Origin: an uncultured delta proteobacterium
GTDB lineage: Bacteria; Desulfobacterota; Desulfobacteria; Desulfobacterales; B30-G6
Direction of reading: 5' to 3'
Length of the DNA: 64,000 nt
Assembly (NCBI GenBank): GCA_963701385.1
Contig: CAVOZW010000006.1
Location: 75,720 to 139,719 of the forward strand
The notes beneath the pieces are model-generated. The model had not been told where the DNA came from. It saw only the letters and a program-made list of their open reading frames with translations, and made no database searches. The position numbers and the translations under genes were made by a program. Below, one piece after another: positions 1-8,704 of the stretch. Within the stretch, counting starts at the first letter, position 1, and each line of letters opens with the position of its first letter.

Positions 1-2329
1 CATCTGTCTTCGCGCTCATAGATGCGGGAAGATACCCATAACAGATGTTCTTTCCAATGCTGTGTCCGTACCCTGAACTGGTGGTCACCCCTACCACTTT
101 TCCCTTGTGCAGAATAGGCGCACTCCCCTGGAGCATCAGTGGCTTTTCTGCATCGATAGTGAAAGTGCACAGCTTCCAAGCGGGACCTTCGGACTTGATT
201 CTTGCCAGGGCCTCCTTGCCGATAAAATCATCTTTATCAAGCGCGACACAAAAACCCAGGCCGGCATCGAATGGCGTGTATTCAGGAGATAGTTCGGAGC
301 CCCAGTCGGCATATCCTTTTTCCAGATGTGTGGAGGCGATGGTTCGGTATCCGGCGTTTTTCACACCGAGCTCCTGTCCGGCCTCCCAAAGCGTTTCATA
401 TACATGGCCCGCAAATTCTGTGGGAATATACAGCTCGTAACCGAGCTCTCCGACATAGGTCACACGAAAAGAAATGACCGGTGCATACCCCACACTGAAC
501 GATTTGCACGTTGCAAACGGAAAGCCGTCGTTGCTTAGATCTTCTTGGGTTGTCTTATTCAACAGCGCTCTCGATTTGGGGCCGATGACATTGATGACCG
601 CATAGGCCGACGTCACGTCCTTGAACGAAACATAGCCGTCTTCGGGCATGTGGTTTTTTATCCACCAGGAGGTACGAAGACCGAAAGCGGTACCGACAAC
701 GATCATAAATTTGTTTGTTGTCAAGCGAGCGACGGTCATGTCGCATTCAATGGTGCCGCGTGCGTTGCACATCTGGGTGTAGATCACTTTCCCGACAGGC
801 TGGTCGATTTGATTGGCGCAAAGCCGGTTTAACAACGCTAGAGCGTCTGGACCCTGCAGCTCGAATTTGCAAAAAGAGGTCTGATCGATGAGCACCACGT
901 TTTCACGCGCATTTCGATGTTCGGCAGCCACGTATTCAAACCAGTTCGGTATTTCGAAAGTGAGCGCATCTTGCGGTCGAATATCGTCCGGTGCAAACCA
1001 GTTGGCCCTTTCCCACCCGTACTTGGCCCCATAAACAGCACCTTTATTTTTAAGCTGGTAATAGAGAGGGCTGCGCCTCACCCCGCGAGCGGAGTCATGC
1101 TCTTCGTGCGGCCAATGAATGGTGTAATGTTTGCCGTAGAGTTCCCTGGTTCTCTCTAAGTTGTACTTGCGGCTATGGTGATAGGGGCCGAATCTTCGAA
1201 TGTCCAGGGGCCAGATATCGAGGCTTGGCTCTCCCTCGATAATCCATTCAGCCATCATTCGTCCGGCCCCACCGCCGGCAGCTATGCCGAAGGCGTTGAA
1301 TCCCGCAGCTACGAAGCAATTGTCGAGCTCTGGGGCCGGCCCCATAATGGCATCGCCGTCCGGAGTAAAGGCCTCTGGTCCATTGACCAGACGGGCAATA
1401 CCGGCTTCTTTAAGACACGGCGTTCGGTGCATGGCCGGATCCGACAGGGATTGGAAGTGATCATAGTCGGGTTCCAGCAGTTGGGATATGAAATCGTTAT
1501 CAACACCATTAACAGACCATGGGATGCCGTTGCGTTCATAGCCGCCCATGACCAGGCCACCCACTTCGTCCTTATAATAGAGAAGGCTGTCCTTGTCGCG
1601 GATGGTGGGTAGGTTCGAAGGCATCCCCTCGATCTCGTCGGTGACGAGAAACTGGTGTTGGAATGGAACCAGGGGTATGTTGACGCCGAGCATTTCCCCT
1701 ACCTGGTAGCCCCACATTCCCGTACAGTTGACGACGATATCACACTGAATATCGCCCTGGTCGGTTTTCACCACGCTGACCCGTTTCTTGTCGAATTCAA
1801 AACCGGTCACCAGCGTGTGTTCATATATGTGCGCACCTCGATTTCTGGCCCCTTTGGCCATGGCCTGGGTAATGCCCGCTGGATCCGCCTGGCCGTCTGT
1901 GGGCATAAAGGCTGCGCCGATGATATCATCGATGGTAATGATCGGGCAGAGGTCGTAGGCCTGCTTGGGCGAAATAATATTCATCTCCAGACCGAAACTG
2001 CGGGCCGTGGTAGCTCCCTTCTTGAGCTCGTACATGCGTTCTTTGGTGCTGGCCAGATGAAGACAGCCACTTTTTTTCCAACCCGTCGTCAATCCCGTTT
2101 CTGCCTCGAGTTGTTCGTAGAGACCGACGCTGTACTGCAGCATACGGGTAATGTTTCGTTCACTGCGCAATTGGCCCACAAGCCCGGCAGCGTGCCAGGT
2201 AGAACCGCTGGTCAGCTCTCCCTTTTCGAGTATCACCACATCTTTCCATCCCATTTTGGTAAGATGGTAAGCTGTGCTGCAACCAATAATGCCACCTCCG
2301 ATAATGACAACTTGTGCACGATCTTGCAT
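1..2329 (-). CDS. Dimethylglycine/sarcosine dehydrogenase-like FAD oxidoreductase fused to a GcvT-type (folate-binding aminomethyltransferase) domain; 3' end lies beyond the window
   Basis: Absent from the ORF track because it has no stop inside the window. Minus-strand reading from ATG 2329 (GGAG 7 nt upstream) gives MQDRAQVVIIGGGIIGCSTAYHLTKMGW (GxGxxG FAD fold). The frame appears open to position 1 (spot-checked: RMMAEWIIEGEPSLDIWPLD around 1200-1260; ...IGKNICYGYLPASMSAKTD at the edge). No minus-strand ORF fragments are listed in this frame. The long + strand ORFs here look like antisense shadows. Confidence 0.8.
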   Translation of the reverse strand, partial: MQDRAQVVIIGGGIIGCSTAYHLTKMGWKDVVILEKGELTSGSTWHAAGLVGQLRSERNITRMLQYSVGLYEQLEAETGLTTGWKKSGCLHLASTKERMYELKKGATTARSFGLEMNIISPKQAYDLCPIITIDDIIGAAFMPTDGQADPAGITQAMAKGARNRGAHIYEHTLVTGFEFDKKRVSVVKTDQGDIQCDIVVNCTGMWGYQVGEMLGVNIPLVPFQHQFLVTDEIEGMPSNLPTIRDKDSLLYYKDEVGGLVMGGYERNGIPWSVNGVDNDFISQLLEPDYDHFQSLSDPAMHRTPCLKEAGIARLVNGPEAFTPDGDAIMGPAPELDNCFVAAGFNAFGIAAGGGAGRMMAEWIIEGEPSLDIWPLDIRRFGPYHHSRKYNLERTRELYGKHYTIHWPHEEHDSARGVRRSPLYYQLKNKGAVYGAKYGWERANWFAPDDIRPQDALTFEIPNWFEYVAAEHRNARENVVLIDQTSFCKFELQGPDALALLNRLCANQIDQPVGKVIYTQMCNARGTIECDMTVARLTTNKFMIVVGTAFGLRTSWWIKNHMPEDGYVSFKDVTSAYAVINVIGPKSRALLNKTTQEDLSNDGFPFATCKSFSVGYAPVISFRVTYVGELGYELYIPTEFAGHVYETLWEAGQELGVKNAGYRTIASTHLEKGYADWGSELSPEYTPFDAGLGFCVALDKDDFIGKEALARIKSEGPAWKLCTFTIDAEKPLMLQGSAPILHKGKVVGVTTSSGYGHSIGKNICYGYLPASMSAKTD

Positions 2330-2381
2330 GGGTCTTCTCCTGTGAATTAGTGAATCGCGTATTCTTTTGAGTTTACTGAGT

Positions 2382-4385
2382 TTATTGTGTTGCCTCATCG
2401 ACGATTTCAGCAATATCTTTGACAAGCATGCTTGCCTGGCAATCCGAAATGCCGTCACCAAGCATGGTCACGCAAAACGGACAGGCCGCAGCCAAGGTTT
2501 TACAGCCGGTTGACAGTAATTCTTGCGCTCGTTCTATGTTGATGCGCTTCCCCAACGTCTCTTCCATGAACATTCTTGCACCACCGGCACCACAGCAAAA
2601 TCCCTTGTCTCCGCTGCGTTTCGGAAAAACCAGCGCGCCACTTGTGTTTATGCTGCGCAGGAGTTCACGCGGGGCATTGAAAATGCCGTTCCAGCGTCCC
2701 AGGTAGCAGGAATCATGAAAGGCAATTTCACCCAAAGAGACGCCGTTGGGTTTCAGGCGACCCTGTTTCACCATATCCAGTAAAAAGGCAGTGTGGTGAA
2801 GCACTTCAAAATTAGCGCCGAATTGAGGGTATTCATTCTTAAGGATGTTGTAACAGTGGGGACAGCTGGTTAGGATCTTTTTGGGCTTGTATTGATTGAG
2901 AATCTCCACGTTTTCCTGAATCATCGTCTGGGCCAGGTATTCGTTTCCCGCCCGGCGGGCCATATCTCCGTTGCAGCGTTCCTCAGGGCCGAGTATGGCG
3001 AAGTTGATGCCGGCTCTTTTCAACACCCTGACCAGCGCCCGCGATATTTTCTTGCCCCGGTCGTCGAAAGATCCGGCACATCCGACGAAATAAAGAACAT
3101 CGGCTTCTGGTTGATCCGACATAAGTGACACATCCATATCTTTGCACCAGTCAGCCCGGGTGTCATTGGAAAATCCCCACGGATTCGACTGGTTTTCCAG
3201 ATTCGTGAACGTCTCCTGCATTTCCTGCGGGAATGCAGCTTCCATAAGAACCCGGTGTTTTCTAACTTCGAAAATAATATCCAGGTGCTGGATATTGACA
3301 GGACAAATGTCTTCACAGGCCCTGCAGGTGGTACATGACCAGAGGACGTCCTCCGTCAATGGGGCCCCCTCTCGAAGCAAGGGCTCGATTGCGCCGACAT
3401 TTCCTGCCAGGAGTAGCTCTGATTGATCGAAAAGATCGTGTTTGACATCCGTCACCACCCTCTTGGGAGACAGCGGCTTGCCGGTGTTGTCTGCCGGACA
3501 CTGCTCCTGGCAACGGCCGCATTCCGTACAAGCATAGAGATCGAGCACCGATTTCCAGTTTAGATCCGACACGCGGCCGAGCCCGAAACTTTCCGCATTC
3601 TCATCGTCGATATCCGTTTTGATGATCGACTTTTCTCGTTCCAGTGGCTTTAAAAAAACATTGGGCGCGGCTGCCAGCAGGTGCAAATGCTTCGAGCCGG
3701 GAATATAAATGAGAAACCCAAGAATCGTCAGGACGTGGATCCAGTAAGATATTTCATAGCCAAACGCCAATTGACCTGCAGCCAGAACGGAAGGACCGAA
3801 AAGACCCGCCAAACCAGCTGAAACCGTGAGATGGCTTGCATAGTCAAAGCCGCCATCATCGATTTTAAGCATCTGAAAGGCATTCACAAAGTGAAATGAC
3901 AAGATGATCACGGCGGTAAAAAGAAGGATGAGTTTTGCATCCAGACTGTTAGATAAATATTCCGGTTTCTCAAACGTGCGTCTGTAAAGCGCATATCCTA
4001 GCCCTAGCAGAACAAAGAAAGCGAGGGTGTCTGCGACCAGGAGGTATGCACCATATATGCCGGGGGATAAATGAAAGGCGTGAAAGCCGGGGAACACACC
4101 CTGAATCATCAATTCCAGGGAGTGGGGTTGGACGGCAAGGAAACCGAAAAAGATCAAGGTATGCGCCAGGCCCGGAAGGAATTTTTTTCTGACATTCGAC
4201 TGACCGATTACGTCCGTTAGAAGCGTTTTGATCCGCTCGGGAAAACGGTTGACTGTAAGCCTTGGTTCACCTTTTACCGCCAGCATAATCCGCACAAGAC
4301 GCCTGACCCTGACAAAAAAAAGACTCAACGCGGCTACGACGAAAGCTGCCATTAAGAAAGATTTGATGATTGTGTAAGTACCCAT
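2382..4385 (-). CDS. Membrane-anchored Fe-S oxidoreductase, HdrD/GlpC/DsrK-like (N-terminal polytopic membrane domain, two [4Fe-4S] motifs, two CCG-type cysteine-rich domains)
   Basis: Tracked ORF 2382..4499. The likely start is ATG 4385 (MGTYTIIKSF), 40 nt after the upstream stop. The first ~290 aa are hydrophobic. They are followed by CTECGRCQEQCP and CTTCRACEDICP, then YFVGCAGSFD, SCPHCYN, HDSCYLGR and FCCGAGG. Confidence 0.8.
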   Translation of the reverse strand: MGTYTIIKSFLMAAFVVAALSLFFVRVRRLVRIMLAVKGEPRLTVNRFPERIKTLLTDVIGQSNVRKKFLPGLAHTLIFFGFLAVQPHSLELMIQGVFPGFHAFHLSPGIYGAYLLVADTLAFFVLLGLGYALYRRTFEKPEYLSNSLDAKLILLFTAVIILSFHFVNAFQMLKIDDGGFDYASHLTVSAGLAGLFGPSVLAAGQLAFGYEISYWIHVLTILGFLIYIPGSKHLHLLAAAPNVFLKPLEREKSIIKTDIDDENAESFGLGRVSDLNWKSVLDLYACTECGRCQEQCPADNTGKPLSPKRVVTDVKHDLFDQSELLLAGNVGAIEPLLREGAPLTEDVLWSCTTCRACEDICPVNIQHLDIIFEVRKHRVLMEAAFPQEMQETFTNLENQSNPWGFSNDTRADWCKDMDVSLMSDQPEADVLYFVGCAGSFDDRGKKISRALVRVLKRAGINFAILGPEERCNGDMARRAGNEYLAQTMIQENVEILNQYKPKKILTSCPHCYNILKNEYPQFGANFEVLHHTAFLLDMVKQGRLKPNGVSLGEIAFHDSCYLGRWNGIFNAPRELLRSINTSGALVFPKRSGDKGFCCGAGGARMFMEETLGKRINIERAQELLSTGCKTLAAACPFCVTMLGDGISDCQASMLVKDIAEIVDEATQ

Positions 4386-4425
4386 TGATCCTCTGCTATG
4401 GTTCGAGATGCAACGTACGATGGTG

Positions 4426-5961
4426 TCATCCGGTAGGTTTCTTTTTGTTGTCAAGTACCAGTGTCGCCGGATCAAAGTCGGGGTTTTTCGCTTGAACACC
4501 CCATTCTTTTTCCACTTCCGTCACAAACCTTCTTAAATCATCGGCCACGCCATCAGGCAGTGCTGCCGGTTGATGGTTGACCAATAGTTCTTTGACCCTT
4601 TCATTGGCCAAATCATAAGGGTCTGGTTTCCCGGCATTGATCCAGGTGGTTCGATTCATGCGTTTAAAAAATTGCGGCCTACTTTGTGTGCGCATATGTT
4701 TCAGGGTCATCGGTGACATCAGAAAATCAGATTTATAGCCACCCGCCCTGACTTCATCCACACATAATGTCTCATCACTGACGACAACCCCTCCCAGAAA
4801 ATACTTAACCATATCGATAATGTCGCTATCCAATAACAATTGGGCATAATCCACAACCATGCCACACTCCAACATTCCTGCTCCGTATAGGACATTGTTC
4901 CCTGACATTGCCGCAATGAGAGCTGTTAGAGTCTTTTCATGGCCGGCTTGTACACCCCCGGCGATAGGGCTATCCGTCTACGTACCGCCGCTCCAGGATG
5001 GTACTTTGTAAAATTGTGCCATTTGGGCATTCATGGCAGCAAACAACGCCATTTCCGGAGAACCCACCGCAGCTTCGGCGCTTTTCAGATCCATCGAGGT
5101 CGTTGAACTGCTGCAAATCACCGGGGCTCCGGGTCGAACTGCTTGGTGCATCACGACACAGGCCAGAAATTCGGCATTCTGAACTGCCTGAGTGCCTGCC
5201 AAGGTAATTGGACTGGTAGCGCCCGACAACGCCATCGTTGTAAAGCGAACAGGAATGCTGAGTTCGGCGGCCTTCATACCGATCTCGCAGCAATGTTTGA
5301 CCAGACGCAAAGGGGTTACCGGGCAGGTTGAAGCGCATATCAGAGGATTATCCACCAAGGTGTCTTCTCCACCGGCTATGATGGCTGACATCTGATAAAT
5401 TTTTTCCAGACACTTGCCGTCACCAGGTCCCAAGCTTACCGGTTTGTCCGTGTTATTCACCAGTGCTTCATAATTATGGAGTGTGTAGGTGATGGGGTCT
5501 ACATCCAGTGAAGAAACCGGTCGATGACAAACGCCATAAGCATCCAATGCATCCATTAATCTTGTTCCGGCTGCCAGATCCTTTTTGGTCGAGTCCCGAA
5601 TGTCACCGCTATTGATATCGACAACGCTGACACCTTCGCCAAATGCGGTGAACGTCACTCTTTTACCTTCCATGATGTAGCTTTTATCATGGTTACGTGC
5701 GCCCAGAACAATTCTGGACGGGGCTGTCCGTATGGCTTTTTCTACAAGGTAGTGAGGAATTTTGACTATTTTTTTGTCCTTGTCTACCCGGCAGCCGATG
5801 GAATGAAAGAGATCAATGGCGTCATCATCTTCTACATAAACACCGGTTTTTTCGAGTATTTCAAGGCTGGCATAATGGATATCGGTAATCTCATCGTCGG
5901 TCAACACCTTGAAATCAACACCTTTAAGTTGAAATTTGCCGCTACAAATGGCACGATTCAT
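4426..5961 (-). CDS. mttB: MttB-superfamily (trimethylamine/quaternary-amine:corrinoid) methyltransferase with one in-frame TAG at 4978..4980; candidate pyrrolysine protein (511 codons)
   Basis: Tracked ORFs 4978..5961 and 4426..4908 share one frame. They are joined by TAG plus 23 stop-free codons (TDSPIAGGVQAGHEKTLTALIAA). There is a strong SD before 5961 only (AAGGAGGAAGAAAATG). The amber is codon 328 of 511. Confidence 0.8.
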
Positions 5962-6060
5962 TTTCTTCCTCCTTTGATAACGTTGGTGAACATTTCATTG
6001 TTATCCTCGTGGTTCAGAAAGGCCCTATGGTTGTTCCGGCGTCGATCCGAGCGTGTCTTG

Positions 6061-6192
6061 AACCGCAAAAGCGAGCGCATTCCCCGTGGCTTGCCGCGGG
6101 GTTAGCGAGCGAATCTAACTTAGACAGAATTCCTTACGGTCGATGCGTAGCACTGCCGCACGGCAGAACATTCCCCGCTGGTTGCGGCGGGG
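6061..6192 (+). repeat. Two REP-like hairpin units of the family CATTCC-CCGCNGC-TTGC-GCNGCGG, the first preceded by AACCGCAAAAGCGAGCGCATTC
   Basis: 6076..6101 is gcgcattccccgtggcttgccgcgggg and 6169..6192 is cattccccgctggttgcggcgggg. Related copies lie at 18993..19016, 19215..19234, 19930..19953 (opposite orientation) and 41952..41975. Confidence 0.7.
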
Positions 6193-6329
6193 AGCTTCAA
6201 ATCCCGTTTCCTTTCAATCCAGTTGAATCCGACGTCAGAGCCCAAGGTATACGCGGTGACCTTATTGTTATTGTTGACGAAGTATTTGGTCCTTATAGTA
6301 CGTCTGTTTATGATGTCAAGTGTTAGTTA

Positions 6330-6425
6330 GTGCCCGTCCAGAATTAGAAATTTTCGTATTTCGCCAAGACGGAAGGCAGATGTGACCCGCAGGAATAACG
6401 CGCTATTTGAGCCGCTTAACGCACC
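6330..6425 (-). repeat. Diverged, inverted copy of the 170-bp MITE-like element seen at 24650 and 56537
   Basis: gtgcccgtccagaattagaaattttcgtatttcgccaagacggaaggcagatgtgacccgcagg aligns base-for-base, with a few mismatches, to the reverse complement of the right arm of the other two copies. The second arm is degraded. Confidence 0.6.
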
Positions 6426-6578
6426 ATGCACCAGCACATGTCTCAGTATGGCTTAAAGTATTGACACGATTCAATTTGTTTACTATCGTTTATCTAGCGT
6501 GGTCGCATATATGGACAAAGGTTTTCGCGCCTGTTTCATTGCGGGCCAATTCTTTTCTATTTTAAAGGAACCTTCAAT

Positions 6579-7301
6579 ATGAGCACCCTTCGTTTAAAAA
6601 CTTGCATTGCTCTTTACGTTTTATTTTTTTGCCTGTGTGGCTTTGTTCCCATGCATACCGCCATGGCTGACGTTCAATACGTTTCAGATTTACTGATCAT
6701 TTCCGTCAAAGAGAACCAGGACCCGGATTCGTCTGTTGTAGGGTACTTGCGGTCCGCAGCAGCGGTCGAGATTCTGGATGAAACCGAAGAACTGATGCAA
6801 GTCCGGGCAGAAGACGGGATTCAAGGTTGGGTTAGAAAAAAATTCATTGTGGTGGATAAACCCAAAGCGATCATCATCAGGGAGCTTGAAGAGAAAATAG
6901 CTCTACTCGAGGACGACATCAAGACACTTCGACAAGGATCCGACGCCCAAGATTTGCACGCGGTGATCGATGGTTACAAGCAAGAGGTTGTGACCCTGAC
7001 GGCATCCTTGGAAAACGAAAAACAAATGCGATCGGCATTGCAGAAAGATTTGAAACAGGTCGATCAAAATTATCAACAGATCTTGGATAAAAATAAACAA
7101 AACGAAGGCATCGGCAAAGAGCTGGCGTCTGTAAGAAACGAAAACAAGGCCCTCAAAGAAAAAATTGCCGCACTAGCGCCTGTCACCGAAACACCCGCCC
7201 TGTCAGGAAACATGAAATGGTTTCTTATCGGCGGTGGTGTCCTGCTCTTTGGCTTTATCATCGGAAGGTCCATCAGGGGCAAGCGGACGTATCGGTATTG
7301 A
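6579..7301 (+). CDS. SH3-domain protein with signal peptide, coiled coil and C-terminal membrane anchor (YgiM/TIGR04211-like)
   Basis: 240 aa: N-terminal hydrophobic leader, an SH3b-like segment (VVGYLRSAAAVEILDE...GIQGWVRKKF), a long heptad-rich region and a terminal TM helix WFLIGGGVLLFGFIIG. AAAGGAA RBS 8 nt before the ATG. Confidence 0.65.
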   Translation: MSTLRLKTCIALYVLFFCLCGFVPMHTAMADVQYVSDLLIISVKENQDPDSSVVGYLRSAAAVEILDETEELMQVRAEDGIQGWVRKKFIVVDKPKAIIIRELEEKIALLEDDIKTLRQGSDAQDLHAVIDGYKQEVVTLTASLENEKQMRSALQKDLKQVDQNYQQILDKNKQNEGIGKELASVRNENKALKEKIAALAPVTETPALSGNMKWFLIGGGVLLFGFIIGRSIRGKRTYRY

Positions 7302-7344
7302 AACGCATTTCACCCTGAGCTGCATGCGATCTGCCGCCAACAGC

Positions 7345-8568
7345 TTAGGGCTTGCCTTCTGCAATCTTGCGAATCACTTGGGTGGTATAGGCCACATCTT
7401 CCAGGGTATTGAAGTACCCAAAACTAACCCGTATGGACCCTTCAGGATATGTACCCAGGGTCTGATGAGCCAAAGGGGCACAATGCAGACCGGATCTCAC
7501 CAAAATGTCGTGCTCGCTGTCGAGCAGATCGCCGGCTTCATTGGTGGTGATGCCCTCTTCCATCCATGCCAGGTTGATGGAACCACACCCGGTAAAACCC
7601 GCCTCGTCCTGATGGGGCATGAGGCTGTCGAAGGTAAAGGAAACGGTGGCCGTCTGACACGCCGCATCCAGGGGGCCATAAATCGTTAGCCCCTGGACAT
7701 CATACAGTTTGTCCAAAAAGGCCGTCGTTAAAACCTTTTCGTGTTCCCGAATGCTGTCGATTCCTTCACCCAACAAGAACGCGACACCGGCGCCGAGGCC
7801 AGCCAAGCCTACATTGTTCTGGGTGCCGCACTCCAAAGCGTCCGGCAGGAAATCGGGCTGTTCCATTTTTTCAGAAACACTTCCCGTGCCGCCCCGCTTC
7901 AAAGGACGGATGGACAATCCATTGCGCATATAAAACCCGCCAGTGCCCTGTGGACCCATGAGTCCTTTGTGGCCCGTAAAGGCTAGAAAATCGATATGAT
8001 CCGCCATCACGTCGATGGGATAACATCCGGCCGTCTGGGCTGCATCCACCAGCAAGGGGATTTCTCCGATGACGGTTTTGACTGCGCGAAGATCCTGAAT
8101 CGTGCCACAGACATTGGAGCCATGGTTGACAACCACCAGGGACGTTTTTTGATCGAGGGCTTCACCCAGCGCATCCATGTCCAGATACCCTTTGTGGTCA
8201 CAGGGAATCACGGACAAGGATATCAAGCCGGTCGTTTCCAAATATTTCAGTGGCCGCATGACAGAGTTGTGTTCCATGGCCGTGGTGATGACGTGGTCGC
8301 CCTGGTTCAGAAACCCGTTGATAATGGTGTTGAGGGATTCGGTTACGTTCTGGGTAAATACAATTCTCGATACATCGTCTATATGAAACAATCGGGCGAT
8401 ATTCTCCCGGGTGCCCTGGACGATCCGGGATGCCTCAACGGCCAGCTGATGACCTGAACGGCCTGGGTTTGCTCCCACATTTGTGAGATAATGGATCATC
8501 GCCTCCTTAACCTGGGTCGGTTTGGGGAAGGATGTGGAAGCATTGTCGAGATAGATCAATTTTTTCAT
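7345..8568 (-). CDS. Class V aminotransferase-fold PLP enzyme, cysteine desulfurase/selenocysteine lyase family
   Basis: 407 aa. MKKLIYLDNASTSFPKP, PLP-lysine context FTGHKGLMGP, and C-terminal RSGLHCAP active-site cysteine loop. Confidence 0.8.
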   Translation of the reverse strand: MKKLIYLDNASTSFPKPTQVKEAMIHYLTNVGANPGRSGHQLAVEASRIVQGTRENIARLFHIDDVSRIVFTQNVTESLNTIINGFLNQGDHVITTAMEHNSVMRPLKYLETTGLISLSVIPCDHKGYLDMDALGEALDQKTSLVVVNHGSNVCGTIQDLRAVKTVIGEIPLLVDAAQTAGCYPIDVMADHIDFLAFTGHKGLMGPQGTGGFYMRNGLSIRPLKRGGTGSVSEKMEQPDFLPDALECGTQNNVGLAGLGAGVAFLLGEGIDSIREHEKVLTTAFLDKLYDVQGLTIYGPLDAACQTATVSFTFDSLMPHQDEAGFTGCGSINLAWMEEGITTNEAGDLLDSEHDILVRSGLHCAPLAHQTLGTYPEGSIRVSFGYFNTLEDVAYTTQVIRKIAEGKP

Positions 8569-8603
8569 GGAAGATCTGTATAGCTGTTTAGGTTAACGTC
8601 TAA

Positions 8604-8654
8604 CTCAACTTATGGGTTTCACCACAAACTAGAGCGAAATGGGTGATCCAATGG
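8604..8654 (+). repeat. Interspersed intergenic repeat, family AACTT(TC/AT)GGG...CTAGAG(A)GCGAAATGGGTGATCCAATGG
   Basis: ctcaacttatgggtttcaccacaaactagagcgaaatgggtgatccaatgg. Near-identical copy at 27150..27201, partial copy at 29289..29313, shorter inverted forms at 27363..27397 and 30518..30552, and one arm at 53404..53430. Confidence 0.7.
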
Positions 8655-8704
8655 TGATATGACAACGTACAGTCTAATAGCCTACAGTCTATCCACCTAA
8701 TATG

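Noticed and set aside
45-2350. Many + strand ORFs up to 231 aa (for example 1655..2350 and 1175..1612) covering the first 2.3 kb
   Set aside because: Their translations are Arg/Gly/His/Pro-rich with no motifs. The minus strand reads as one uninterrupted dimethylglycine-dehydrogenase-like protein with a clear FAD fold. They are antisense shadow ORFs.
4900-4977. PYLIS-like structure downstream of the in-frame TAG
   Set aside because: I could see only a 5-bp stem (GCCGG...CCGGC about 15 nt downstream). That is not convincing, and bacterial Pyl insertion is not known to require such an element.
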